The notes below the pieces were generated by a model. It was given only the letters and a program-made list of their open reading frames with translations. It had not been told where the DNA came from and ran no database searches. Of a stretch of 64,000 bases of DNA, positions 30,813 to 41,713 are shown piece by piece; position 1 is the stretch's first letter, and the number at the start of each line of letters is the position of its first letter. Location of the stretch: assembly GCA_003507395.1 (NCBI GenBank), contig DNVW01000013.1, positions 47,696 to 111,695 of the forward strand, read 5' to 3'. A program made the translations under genes and the position numbers. Origin of the DNA: Clostridiales bacterium (lineage in GTDB: Bacteria; Bacillota; Clostridia; TANB77; CAG-508).

Positions 30813-31835
30813 ATGTTAGAGGAAAAAGTATTAGGAACTATAAAAAAGTATGAACAAATAAAATCTGGGGATACTATAGTATTAGGAGTGTCTGGTGGTC
30901 CAGATTCCATTTGTTTGTTGAATATATTAAAAAATTTACAAAATGAACTTAAAATAGACATTGTTGTTGCACATATTAATCATATGATAAGAGAAGAGGC
31001 AGATTTAGAAACAGACTATGTTCGAGATTTTTGTATTAAAAAAAATGTACCATGTTTTGTAAAAAAGGAAAATATTTTAAAAATTGCAAAGGAGCAGAAG
31101 CTAGGGACAGAGGAAGTAGGAAGAAAAATAAGATATGACTTTTTTGAAGAAGTAATGAATAAAGTAGGTGGAAATAAAATTGCTACAGCACATAATGCAA
31201 ATGATAATGCAGAAACTGTTATGATGAATTTTTTGAGGGGAAGTGGGACTTCAGGGCTTAAAGGAATAGAACCAATAAGAAATAACAAATTTATAAGACC
31301 TATAATAGAATGTACTAGAAAAGAAATTGAACAATATTGTGATGAAAACAACTTAAACCCTAAGTATGACAAAACAAATCAAGAAAATATTTATACAAGA
31401 AATAAAATTAGAAATTTACTTATTCCATATATACAGGAAAATTTTAATCCTAATATAATAGAAACAATAAATAGAATGTCAAATCTTATTGCTAATGATG
31501 AATTGTATTTTAAAAATATAGTTAAGCAAGCATATAGCGATGTTTTGATAGATAGAAATGAAAAAGAAATTATTTTAGACTTGAAGAAATTTAATAAATT
31601 AGAAAAGGTAATAAAATCTAGACTTATAATATATACTATTAATGAACTTTTGGGTACAACAAATGGCATAGAAAAAATACATATTGAGGATATTATTAAA
31701 TTATGTGAAAATAATATAGGTAATAAATATTTAACACCTAATAAAAATATAAAAATACTTGTAAAAAATAAAAAAATTTTTTTACTAGGTATTATGAACT
31801 TCCGTAAGGAAAGTATTGATATGACTAGATTGTAA
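30813..31835 (+). CDS. tilS: tRNA(Ile)-lysidine synthetase
   Basis: PP-loop GVSGGPDS. Start at MLEEKV after SD GAAAGGA. The 5' part of the track ORF overlaps the repeat. Confidence 0.85.
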   Translation: MLEEKVLGTIKKYEQIKSGDTIVLGVSGGPDSICLLNILKNLQNELKIDIVVAHINHMIREEADLETDYVRDFCIKKNVPCFVKKENILKIAKEQKLGTEEVGRKIRYDFFEEVMNKVGGNKIATAHNANDNAETVMMNFLRGSGTSGLKGIEPIRNNKFIRPIIECTRKEIEQYCDENNLNPKYDKTNQENIYTRNKIRNLLIPYIQENFNPNIIETINRMSNLIANDELYFKNIVKQAYSDVLIDRNEKEIILDLKKFNKLEKVIKSRLIIYTINELLGTTNGIEKIHIEDIIKLCENNIGNKYLTPNKNIKILVKNKKIFLLGIMNFRKESIDMTRL

Positions 31836-31913
31836 AGAAAAAACTTTAAAAAAATACTTGAAATACAAAAATCTTTATGATATATTGCATGAATAGTAAA
31901 AGGAGGCATTAAT

Positions 31914-33725
31914 TTGAAAAATGGAATAAAAACTTTAGCCATGTGGCTAATAATATTTATAATTTTTATAGTGCTAATATCTTCAATTATAGATAATAGT
32001 GAAAATAAATTGGCATACTCAGAATTGCTTACAAAAATAGAAGCAGGAGAAGTTAAAGAAATAGAGATTTCTGCTGATAATTCTAAGGCAAATGTTAAAT
32101 TGAAAAATCAAAATGTTACCAAAGAAGTAAATATACCAAGTATAGAAAATTTAATGAATGTGCTTGAAGAAAGTATGAAAGCAGGTACTATAAAAGTAAC
32201 TGAAAAATCAGAATCAATCTTTATGGCTTTCTTAACATTATTGACACCATTCGGAATATTAATTATATTCTTTATATTCTGGTTCTTATTTATGAACAGT
32301 AGTACACAAGGCGGTGTAGGGTCAAATAAAACAATGTCTTTTGGTAAGAGTAGAGCAAAGATGCTAAATCCTACAGATAAAAACAAAATTACTTTTGATG
32401 ATGTAGCAGGTGTAGATGAAGAAAAAGAAGAATTAGAAGAAATTGTAGAGTTTTTAAAGAACCCAAAAAAATTTACAGATATGGGTGCTAGAATTCCAAA
32501 AGGAGTGTTATTAGTTGGTCAACCAGGAACAGGAAAAACACTTTTAGCAAAAGCAGTTGCCGGAGAAGCAGGAGTTCCTTTCTTTATCATAAGTGGTTCG
32601 GATTTCGTGGAAATGTTTGTAGGTGTTGGTGCTTCTCGTGTAAGAGATTTATTTGATGAGGCCAAGAAAAAAGCACCATGTATAATATTTATAGATGAAA
32701 TAGATGCTGTTGGACGTCAAAGAGGTGCAGGACTTGGAGGAGGACATGATGAAAGAGAGCAAACTTTAAATCAATTATTAGTAGAAATGGATGGTTTCGC
32801 TGCTAATGAAGGTGTAATAGTATTAGCAGCAACAAACAGACCAGACGTATTAGACAAAGCATTATTAAGACCAGGAAGATTTGACAGACAGATAGTAGTG
32901 TCAGCACCAGATGTTAAAGCAAGAGAAGAAATATTAGAGGTGCATAGTAGAAAGAAAAAATTGGCACCAGATGTTGAACTAAAAACAATTGCTAAAAATA
33001 CTTCAGGATTTTCAGGCGCAGATCTGGAAAATGTATTAAATGAAGCAGCACTTTTAGCTGCTAGAAGAAATAAAAAAGAAATTGGAATGCTCGAAGTGGA
33101 AGATGCAATGGTTAAAGTCACAATGGGACCAGAAAAGAGAACTAGAGTTAGAAGTGAAAAAGAACAGAAATTAGTGGCATATCACGAAGCAGGGCATGCT
33201 GTAGTAAGTAGATTTTTACCAACTCAAGATCCTGTTCACCAAATATCAATAGTACCAAGAGGTATGGCAGGTGGTTATACTATGTATAGACCAACAGAAG
33301 ATAAATCATTTATGTCTAGAACAGAAATGATTGAAAATATAATATCACTACTAGGTGGTAGAGTATCAGAAAAACTAGTGTTAGATGATATATCAACAGG
33401 TGCAAGTAATGATATAGAAAGAGCAACCAAAATTGCTAGAAACATGGTTACGAAATATGGAATGAGTGAAAGAGTAGGAACAATAACATTAGGTCAAAAT
33501 CAAGAAGAAGTATTCTTAGGAAGAGATTTCGCACAAAGCAAAGAATATTCAGAAGAAACAGCAGCTATTATAGATGAAGAAGTAAAAAGTATAATAGACT
33601 TTGCATATAAAAAAGCTGCAGAAATATTAAATGCTAACATGGAAAAATTACATGTAGTAGCAGGAATACTTTTAGAAAAAGAAAAGATAGATGGAGAAGA
33701 GTTTGACGCAATATTTAATGATTAA
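31914..33725 (+). CDS. ftsH: ATP-dependent zinc metalloprotease FtsH
   Basis: TTG start after AGGAGG. Walker [11 protein letters not shown] motif and HEAGHA zinc site. hpt is absent between tilS and ftsH. Confidence 0.95.
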   Translation: MKNGIKTLAMWLIIFIIFIVLISSIIDNSENKLAYSELLTKIEAGEVKEIEISADNSKANVKLKNQNVTKEVNIPSIENLMNVLEESMKAGTIKVTEKSESIFMAFLTLLTPFGILIIFFIFWFLFMNSSTQGGVGSNKTMSFGKSRAKMLNPTDKNKITFDDVAGVDEEKEELEEIVEFLKNPKKFTDMGARIPKGVLLVGQPGTGKTLLAKAVAGEAGVPFFIISGSDFVEMFVGVGASRVRDLFDEAKKKAPCIIFIDEIDAVGRQRGAGLGGGHDEREQTLNQLLVEMDGFAANEGVIVLAATNRPDVLDKALLRPGRFDRQIVVSAPDVKAREEILEVHSRKKKLAPDVELKTIAKNTSGFSGADLENVLNEAALLAARRNKKEIGMLEVEDAMVKVTMGPEKRTRVRSEKEQKLVAYHEAGHAVVSRFLPTQDPVHQISIVPRGMAGGYTMYRPTEDKSFMSRTEMIENIISLLGGRVSEKLVLDDISTGASNDIERATKIARNMVTKYGMSERVGTITLGQNQEEVFLGRDFAQSKEYSEETAAIIDEEVKSIIDFAYKKAAEILNANMEKLHVVAGILLEKEKIDGEEFDAIFND

Positions 33726-33730
33726 AAAAG

Positions 33731-33772
33731 AAAAAATCCAAGGATATTTAGATAATTCCTTGGATTTTTTTG
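33731..33772. terminator. Bidirectional terminator (AAAAAATCCAAGGA...TCCTTGGATTTTTTT)
   Basis: Hairpin with A/T runs on both sides, between convergent ftsH and the PBP gene. Confidence 0.65.
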
Positions 33773-33786
33773 TGATATAATGAATT

Positions 33787-36034
33787 TTAATGTGCATCTT
33801 GTATTTCTGGTTTCATAGAAACACTTACTAATGTTCCTTCCTCAACAGAGGTTCCTGCTATAGGATCTTGGCTTATTACAATTCCAGAACCACTGATTTG
33901 TATATTTAAATTTCGTTCTTTTAGCGTAGCTTTTGCTTGTGATAATGTCATACCTTTTAAATCTGGTACAGATTGAGACACTCTTGCCTCATTTCCTGCT
34001 GAATATATTTTTACAATAGAATCTTTTATTAATTGAGTTCCAGCTTTAGGCATTTGCTCTGTTACAAGTTCTTCTGAAGAACCTGAAATAATGCAATCAA
34101 ATCCAGCATTTTCTATAATTTTCTTAGCTTCTGCTATAGTCTTATTAACTACATTTGGAAGAGTAGTAGTTGAACTAGAAGAGCTACTTCCAGTAGTTGA
34201 AGCACTACTGTCAGAAGGAATTTGTAAATAAGGTAATACTTCTGTTAAAATTTGAGATACCACAGGACCAGCTATTTGACCACCTTGATGACTTTCACCT
34301 TCTGGAGCATATAATGTTACAAGAATAACTACTTCTGGACTTTCAACAGGAGATACAGCAACATACGAAGCCACATATCCTTCATCTTCTGCACCAGGAG
34401 AAGGTTCTGAGGTTCCGGTTTTTCCAGCGACAGAATATCCTGCTACTTTTCCATAACTTCCTGTTCCAACAGTTACAACAGATTCCATCATATTTAAAAG
34501 TTTTTCAGACGTTTCTTTAGAAATTACTTGTCTTATTTCTGTAGTACTTATATTAGTAGTTGCACCAGTATCAGTATTAATTATATTTTTTATTATTTTA
34601 GGTTGAACTAGTACTCCATCATTTGCAATACATGCAACAGCAGTTATCATTTGTAAAGGAGTTATACCAAATCTTTGACCAAAAGATAATGTAGCTAATT
34701 CTACAGGACCAACATCATCTAAATCCCAAAAGTTTCCGGAAACATCTCCAGATGTAAGATTAGTAGAACTGAACAAACCAAAAGCTTCAAAATATTTATA
34801 TAATGTTTTAGCACCTATTTTTTCGCCTAATTGCATAAAAGCAGGATTACAAGAGTTGCACAAGGCTTCTCTTAAACTTTGCGAGCCATGCCCAGGACGA
34901 CCTTTCCAGCAATTAATAGTTTGTCCCGCAACTGTATGATATCCAGGGCAGTTAAAAACATCTTTAGTATCAGGAGATACTATGTTTTCTTCTAAACCAA
35001 CAGCAGCAGTAATAATCTTAAATACAGAACCAGGTTCATATCTATCTGTAAGAGCTCTATTTCTCCACATTCCATACAAAGCATTAGCTTTTTGTTCAGA
35101 AGTCATTTTTTTCCAATCAGAATCGGAAATGCTTGATACTTTAGAAGGATTATTTAAGTTATAATTAGGATATGTCGCCATTGCTAAAATATCTCCATTA
35201 TTAGGATTCATAATTATAACATTTCCACCACGAGCACAATTATTTTCTTTACAAGCTTGCTCTAAGTATTTTTCAGCTATAGCTTGTATATTTATATCTA
35301 AAGTAAGAGTTATATCATTACCATTTTCAGCAACGAAATATGTTTCATTTTGATCTGGTATAAATTCTTGAATTGCATCTTGAGATGTTATTATTCTTCC
35401 GAGGAGTACCTGTTAATAAATCATCAAACTCGTTTTCTAAGCCCTCTAGCCCAATATTTTCATCACCACAAAAGCCTATTAAATTTGAAGCTAGATTTCC
35501 ATATGGGTAATACCTTTTAGAATCTTCATCTATATTAATACCGGAATAAACTTTTTCCTCTTCCATCCAAGATTTTAACTTATCAATTTTATCTTTTTGA
35601 ACCTTCTTGGCAATTGTTTCTATATAATTTGTACTAGAAACTTTTTCTAAAGTTTGTTGATAATCTAATTCAAAGATTTCAGAAAGAGCTTTGGCAACTT
35701 TTTCCTTTAAAGCTTTGGTCTTAATTTCAGAAAGTTCTTTATTTTCATCTGAAACCATAATTAAGTTAGGGTTAATTGTAACAGTATCTACTGCAGCACT
35801 TATGGCTAATTCTTTACCATTGGCGTCATATATAGTACCTCTTTTAGGGCTTATTATACGACTGGTTATTAATTGGCTATACATTTGCTCTTTTAGCCAA
35901 GAACCTTTAACAAATTGTAGCCAACCCAAACGAACAATTAATAAAATCATAATTAAAAATATTACAATCATTCCATTCCTTAGTCTTGTAGAAATAGAAG
36001 ATTTTTTTACTTTGCTTTTGTTTTTTGTATTCAT
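33787..36034 (-). pseudogene. Class B penicillin-binding protein (SpoVD/PBP2B-like, transpeptidase plus two PASTA domains) interrupted by a 1-nt frameshift near 35399-35404
   Basis: N-terminal ORF (36034..35345, TM plus dimerisation domain) ends ...LTGTPRKNNNISR*. Deleting one base in CCTCGG restores ...LTGTPGRIITSQDAIQEFIPDQNETYFVAENGNDITLTLDINIQ...MNPNNGDILAMATYP..., which runs into the second ORF (35211..33787). Confidence 0.7.
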
Positions 36035-36197
36035 GTTACACCTACTTCTAAAATTATGATAATATTTTATTATATAATAAGACAAAAATCAATGTTTTTT
36101 ATACATATTACTCTGAGAGACAAATACATTACATTGCAATATTACTATAAACGTGGTAAAATAAAAGAGATGTAGATTATAATGTTGGAGAGAAGTA

Positions 36198-37052
36198 ATG
36201 AATAATATATATGAAGAAACAAAATTTTTAATGAAAAAGTACAATATCACAGCAAATAAGAACTTAGGACAGAATTTTTTGATTGATGATGAAACTGTAG
36301 AAAAAATAGTAGAAGTATCTGAAATAACATTAGAAGATTTAGTTATAGAAATAGGACCAGGACTTGGAACTTTAACACAAAAACTATTAGAAAAGGCTGG
36401 GAAAGTTATTGCAGTAGAAATTGATAACAAAATGATAAGAATATTAAAAGAACGATTTTTGTTATATAAAAATTTAGAAATATTAAATGAAGATATATTA
36501 AAAGTGAATTTAAGAGAACTGATAGAGAAAAATAATTTCAAAACAGTTAAGGTGGTAGCAAATTTACCATATTATATTACTACACCTATAATTATGCGAT
36601 TATTAGAACAAAAATTACCAATTGATACAATAACAGTAATGGTTCAAAAAGAAGTTGCAGAAAGACTAACAGCATTACCAGGTACTAAAAATTCTGGTGC
36701 AATTACTTATTCTGTATATTACTATTCAGAGCCAGAAGTAGTGTTAGATGTAGAAAGCTCAAAATTTATTCCAGCTCCAGAGGTAGATTCACAAGTTATT
36801 AAATTAAATTTAAGAAAAAAGCCAGTAGTAGATCCAATAGATGAAAAATTATTTTTTAAACTTATAAAAATAAGTTTTATGCAAAGAAGAAAAACGCTAA
36901 TCAATAGTATGGTAAATGGTGGAATGTTAAAGAATAAAGAACAAGCAATAGAAATATTAAATAAATTAGGGATAGATATAAATATCAGAGGAGAAACTCT
37001 TTCTATAGAGCAGTTTTGTGAGATTTCAAATTTACTTGCAAAATCTCTTTAA
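36198..37052 (+). CDS. rsmA: 16S rRNA (adenine1518/1519-N6)-dimethyltransferase RsmA/KsgA
   Basis: LGQNFLID motif, 284 aa. Confidence 0.9.
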   Translation: MNNIYEETKFLMKKYNITANKNLGQNFLIDDETVEKIVEVSEITLEDLVIEIGPGLGTLTQKLLEKAGKVIAVEIDNKMIRILKERFLLYKNLEILNEDILKVNLRELIEKNNFKTVKVVANLPYYITTPIIMRLLEQKLPIDTITVMVQKEVAERLTALPGTKNSGAITYSVYYYSEPEVVLDVESSKFIPAPEVDSQVIKLNLRKKPVVDPIDEKLFFKLIKISFMQRRKTLINSMVNGGMLKNKEQAIEILNKLGIDINIRGETLSIEQFCEISNLLAKSL

Positions 37053-37097
37053 AAAAGCTAAAATGTATGTTATAATTAAATAAAATAGGAGAATAGC

Positions 37098-37829
37098 ATG
37101 AATCAAATTTTAGTTACAGAGAAATTGTATATTACACCAGAATTCAAGAGAAAAAGAAGATTATATAAAATAGAATTCTTTTTATCTGTTTTTTTGGTGT
37201 GCATTTTATTTTCTTATTATGTTTATGCAGAATATGATAGAAATAAAAATGAAAAAGTGTCACAAGAAATATTAGAACAAATAGCTACAACTTCTTCAAT
37301 AGATACAACAATAAAAAAACCAGAAGATGATATTATTAGAATAATTATAGATGACCAAGAGGAAATAACACCAGAACAAGAGGAAAGAATACAGGAGGTA
37401 CAAGAAAATTCAATAGTATATACTGCTGCAAATGGTATAGAATATGAAACAGATGCAATATTAAATATACCAGCTTTAAACATCCAGTATCCAGTATTAT
37501 CAGATACATCAGAAGAATTATTAGAAATTTCACTTAATAAATATTGGGGACCAGAGCCAAACGAAGAGGGGAATTATTGCATAGTAGGACATAATTATAG
37601 AAATGGAAAAATGTTTGGTACATTAAGCTCAATAAAAAATGGAGACATTGTAGAGCTAACAGATGGTTATGGGAAAATGGTAAAATATAAAGTGTATAAT
37701 AAATATGTTGTAAAACCAACAGATACAAGTTGTACAACTCAACACACGAATGGATATAGAGAACTAACATTAATAACCTGTACTAATTATGGAACAGAAA
37801 GGTTAGTTGTTAAGTGCAGAGAGATATAA
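37098..37829 (+). CDS. Sortase-family transpeptidase with an N-terminal membrane anchor
   Basis: Catalytic triad context: IVGHNYRNG (His), LTLITCT (TLxTC Cys), ERLVVKC (Arg). Confidence 0.8.
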   Translation: MNQILVTEKLYITPEFKRKRRLYKIEFFLSVFLVCILFSYYVYAEYDRNKNEKVSQEILEQIATTSSIDTTIKKPEDDIIRIIIDDQEEITPEQEERIQEVQENSIVYTAANGIEYETDAILNIPALNIQYPVLSDTSEELLEISLNKYWGPEPNEEGNYCIVGHNYRNGKMFGTLSSIKNGDIVELTDGYGKMVKYKVYNKYVVKPTDTSCTTQHTNGYRELTLITCTNYGTERLVVKCREI

Positions 37830-38531
37830 TTATTTAATTATTTTCATAGCTTCAGTAGTATCTTTGTCCTTTTTATTTATAAAAAAGATGATAACAGCAG
37901 TAGCTATAAAAGTTATAGCATAAGAAATTATTAGTATAGATAATTTACCATTTGATAATCCACTACCAGCAATTGTAGAGGAAATTATAGATGGAAATCT
38001 AAAAAATGTAGCAATTAATATAAATTTCATAGGTGGTATTGGAAGTAAGAAACCAATATATGTTAATAAATCTTTAGGAGTGCCAGGTATAAAAAACAAT
38101 ATACACATTAGCACTTCTGCTTTTTTAGGGTCTTTAAATAATTTACTATTTTCTATTTTTTCAATTTTTTCTTGTGAAAATGCATTATATAAATATTTTT
38201 TTCCCAATTTTCCAATTAGAAAATATATTAAACTTGTAGTAATAAAAACAGATATAAGTGTAAATAATGTGCCCCAAATAGGACCATAGCAAATACCTGC
38301 AAGTAATTCTAAAGGTTCACCAGGTAGAACTATTAATAGTATTTGAAGAAGTTGCAACAAAAATAAAACACCAATTCCAAAAATTCCAAGATGGTCTATT
38401 TCGTTTTTAAAAGCAACTTGTCCTTCATAAGTTGATAAATTAATTAAAAAAGGAAAAAGATATATAACAATTCCAAGGATTAAAATCATTGCTATAATAA
38501 ATAATAATGTTTTTATTACTTTATTTTTCAT
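37830..38531 (-). CDS. TVP38/TMEM64 (DedA-related) family membrane protein
   Basis: Polytopic, with LLAGICYGPIWGTLFTL. Start at MKNKVIK after SD GGAGGG. Its stop codon abuts the sortase stop (TAATTA). Confidence 0.65.
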   Translation of the reverse strand: MKNKVIKTLLFIIAMILILGIVIYLFPFLINLSTYEGQVAFKNEIDHLGIFGIGVLFLLQLLQILLIVLPGEPLELLAGICYGPIWGTLFTLISVFITTSLIYFLIGKLGKKYLYNAFSQEKIEKIENSKLFKDPKKAEVLMCILFFIPGTPKDLLTYIGFLLPIPPMKFILIATFFRFPSIISSTIAGSGLSNGKLSILIISYAITFIATAVIIFFINKKDKDTTEAMKIIK

Positions 38532-38741
38532 ATTTCGACAAAACCCTCCATAAAAATAAAATAAACATATATAATAATAACATAAAAATAAAGAAAAAGC
38601 TATTAATAATTTATTAATCCTAAGAAATGAAAGAAACACATATAAAAATTATTTATAGCAAGTAATTTTTTAAAATTTATAGTGCATTTAATTTATTAAT
38701 GTTATAATATAAGTAACCCAATAATAGAAAGGATGGAAAAT

Positions 38742-40733
38742 ATGAAAAGAAAAATTGCAATAATAGTACTAACCGTAATTATATTAACTGTTTTTATTAC
38801 ATTAATATGTTGTATAAATGTAAATACAGAATTAAAAACAATAAAATCTGAAAAACAGTTGGAAAAAATGTATAGCGGAAGAGACGATGACAGTATATTA
38901 AAAAAAGCTATACTAGGACCATTGGTACTTCCATATGAAATATCAAGAAATATATATGTAGAGGAAGACTATATCATAACAGAAGACATTACTTCAGCTA
39001 CTGATAGTGAGTCAATTTTTAAAAATATACAAACCAATGAGCAAAGTTCTAATAGTATAACAAATAAAGATTATTCTAAAACTAATATTCAAGTAGAGAA
39101 TGTAGATGAGGCAGATATAATAAAAACAGATGGAAACTATATATACTCTTTATCAAAAGAATCTATAGTTATTACAGATGTAACAGACCCAAACAAAATT
39201 AAAGTAGCATCAAAAATAACACCAACAGATAATGGGATTCCAGAAGATTTAATACTTTTTGAAAACAAATTAGTAGCTATTTGTTCAGAGATTAATAGCC
39301 CATATATCTATTATAGTTCAAATAAAAATAACACAATAGTAAGAATATATGATATAACAAATAGAGAAGAACCTAGAATGGTAAAAAACTATAAATTATA
39401 TGAGCCATATTACACAACAAGATGCATAGGAAGTAAGTTATATGTAATATCAACTGGAAACTTGAGAAAAGAGAACAATAAAATAGTAAGATACTATGAT
39501 GAAGAATATAGTCAAAAAGAAATTGAACTAAAAAATATTAAATATTTAAAAAATGTAGAAACAAACAAGCAAACCATAATATCTATGATGGATTTAAATA
39601 ATATTGAGCAAAATGTTAATGTAAGTTCTTATTTAATAGATATAGAAAATGCATATATATCAGAAAAAAATATATACTTATTAGACACAAATTATAAGGG
39701 AAATTATTATCCAAAAATATCTTCTATATATGGAATAAAAGGAATCTGGGGGTTAAACGATTATATATATGATTATACTGAAAATTATGAAACAGAAATA
39801 TATAAGTTTAATATTTTAGATAACGGAGAAGTGGAATATAGTTGTAAGACTAGAGTTAAAGGGCAAACTATAAATCAATATTCATTAGATGAGTATAATG
39901 GAAATTTAAGAGTAGCATTAAAAGATAGTAAAGAAGGTTCAAGAATAGTAATATTTAATGAAAAGATGCAACAAATTGGTGAAACTCCATATTTAGCAAA
40001 AGGAGAGCAAATGTATTCTTCAAGATTCATGGGAGATAAGGCATATCTTGTAACTTACAAAACTATTGACCCGCTATTTGTTATAGATTTAAGTAACCCA
40101 ACAGAGCCAAAAGTATTAGGAGAGTTAAAAATACCAGGTTATAGTACATATTTACATCCATATGATGAAAATCATTTAATTGGAATAGGAATGCAAACAG
40201 AAGAAAAAATAAATAGAGATATTCAAGGAAAGGTTACTTCTGCTACAGCCACAATAACAGGAATGAAGATGGCACTGTTTGATGTAACAGATCCAACTAA
40301 CCCAGTTGAAATATCAAGTACAGTAATAGGAGACAGGAGAACAACATCGGCAATATTAACAAATCCAAAAGCATTATTATTTTCAAAAGAAAAAGAACTT
40401 ATAGCGATACCAGTAAATAATTATGCAGAAGACATTTCAATAGCATCATCAAATACTTATGAAGATACAATAAATGCATACAAAAAAAATACTACTAAAT
40501 ATATATCAGAAGGATATTCAGTATATTCAATAAATATAGAAAAAGGAATTAACTTAAAAGGCATAATAACACAAGAAAATATAGATAATAAATCACAGGA
40601 TACTTACTATTATACAAATTCAAAATTATTAAGAGGAGTATATATAGAAAATAATTTATATACTGTATCAGAAAAGTGCATAAAAGTAAGTGATTTAGAA
40701 ACATTAAAAGAAATTAGTAAAATAGATTTATAG
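38742..40733 (+). CDS. Membrane-anchored secreted beta-propeller-domain protein (PF09826-like)
   Basis: N-terminal TM segment, then FDVTDPTNP and KIPGYSTYLHPYDENHLIGIG motifs typical of clostridial/archaeal Beta_propel proteins. Confidence 0.5.
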   Translation: MKRKIAIIVLTVIILTVFITLICCINVNTELKTIKSEKQLEKMYSGRDDDSILKKAILGPLVLPYEISRNIYVEEDYIITEDITSATDSESIFKNIQTNEQSSNSITNKDYSKTNIQVENVDEADIIKTDGNYIYSLSKESIVITDVTDPNKIKVASKITPTDNGIPEDLILFENKLVAICSEINSPYIYYSSNKNNTIVRIYDITNREEPRMVKNYKLYEPYYTTRCIGSKLYVISTGNLRKENNKIVRYYDEEYSQKEIELKNIKYLKNVETNKQTIISMMDLNNIEQNVNVSSYLIDIENAYISEKNIYLLDTNYKGNYYPKISSIYGIKGIWGLNDYIYDYTENYETEIYKFNILDNGEVEYSCKTRVKGQTINQYSLDEYNGNLRVALKDSKEGSRIVIFNEKMQQIGETPYLAKGEQMYSSRFMGDKAYLVTYKTIDPLFVIDLSNPTEPKVLGELKIPGYSTYLHPYDENHLIGIGMQTEEKINRDIQGKVTSATATITGMKMALFDVTDPTNPVEISSTVIGDRRTTSAILTNPKALLFSKEKELIAIPVNNYAEDISIASSNTYEDTINAYKKNTTKYISEGYSVYSINIEKGINLKGIITQENIDNKSQDTYYYTNSKLLRGVYIENNLYTVSEKCIKVSDLETLKEISKIDL

Positions 40734-40745
40734 GGGGAAAATAAA

Positions 40746-41003
40746 ATGGAAGAAAAGGTAATAGATAAAAATAAATCAGGGATGCCAGTAGCTTCACTTA
40801 CATTAGGGATAGTATCAATAGTACTTTCTACTTTTTGGTATATTTCATTACCAGCAGGAATATTGGCTATAGTATTTGGAGCAAAATCTATAAAAAAAAT
40901 GGGAAGTAAATTAGGAAAGGCTGGCATGATATTAGGAATAATAGGATTATCAATATTATTATTAATATATGTTAGTATAACAGCAATAATATTAACAATA
41001 TAG
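40746..41003 (+). CDS. Small two-TM membrane protein (DUF4190-like)
   Basis: 85 aa with two hydrophobic segments and SD GGGGGAAAA upstream. Confidence 0.45.
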   Translation: MEEKVIDKNKSGMPVASLTLGIVSIVLSTFWYISLPAGILAIVFGAKSIKKMGSKLGKAGMILGIIGLSILLLIYVSITAIILTI

Positions 41004-41038
41004 TTATAGAAATATAATAGAGAAAAGAGATTGGCAAA

Positions 41039-41539
41039 ATGAAAATAAATATTGTAATGGTAGAGCCAGAAATACCACAAAATACTGGAAATATAGCAAG
41101 AACATGTGCAGCGATAGGGGCAAAATTACATTTAGTATATCCACTAGGATTTGAAATAACAGATAAATACCTAAAAAGGGCAGGGCTTGATTATTGGGAT
41201 AAATTAGAAATAGAAGAGCATAAATCTTTAAAAGAGTTTTTAGAAAAATACAAACCACAGGAAAATGCAATGTTCTTTGCAACCACAAAAGGACAACATT
41301 GTTACTCAGATGTAAAATATGCAGAATATGACGAAGTATTTATACTATTTGGAAAGGAAACAAAAGGATTACCAGAAGAATTATTACAAAAATACATAGA
41401 AAATACAATAAGAATACCTATGAAAGAACATCTGCGTTCATTAAATTTATCAAATTCTGTTGCAATAGTAGCATATGAAGTGTTAAGACAACACAATTTT
41501 GAAAATCTACAAGAAATAAGCACATATTTTGAAAAGTAG
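41039..41539 (+). CDS. trmL: tRNA (cytidine/uridine-2'-O)-methyltransferase TrmL (SpoU family)
   Basis: MKINIVMVEPEIPQNTGNIARTCAA, 166 aa. Confidence 0.85.
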   Translation: MKINIVMVEPEIPQNTGNIARTCAAIGAKLHLVYPLGFEITDKYLKRAGLDYWDKLEIEEHKSLKEFLEKYKPQENAMFFATTKGQHCYSDVKYAEYDEVFILFGKETKGLPEELLQKYIENTIRIPMKEHLRSLNLSNSVAIVAYEVLRQHNFENLQEISTYFEK

Positions 41540-41555
41540 AAAATTAATAGAGTAA

Positions 41556-41602
41556 TATTACAAAATTGTATCAAAGCTTTGTAGCTTTTGATACAATTTT
41601 GT
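41556..41602 (+). terminator. Long AT-rich hairpin terminator (CAAAATTGTATCAAAGC-tttgta-GCTTTTGATACAATTTTG)
   Basis: 17-bp inverted repeat after trmL. Confidence 0.55.
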
Positions 41603-41639
41603 GATATTTTATGCGATTACCATATGGACAAAAAAAGAA

Positions 41640-41668
41640 TGTTGATTTTTGCCAAAAGTTAATATATA
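41640..41668 (+). promoter_or_regulatory. sigma-A-like promoter (TTGATT-17-TATAAT) for smc
   Basis: Seen directly. Confidence 0.4.
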
Positions 41669-41713
41669 ATTTTCAAGTACAAATATAAGTAAAAGAGAAA
41701 AAAGGTGTATTAA

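Noticed and set aside
35691-36085. Track ORFs suggesting an alternative N-terminus (MSYYIIKYYHNFRSRCN...) for the PBP and a + strand 122-aa ORF antisense to it
   Set aside because: The upstream Met codons lack an RBS. A proper SD (AGGTG) precedes ATG 36034 (MNTKNK...). The antisense ORF is low complexity.
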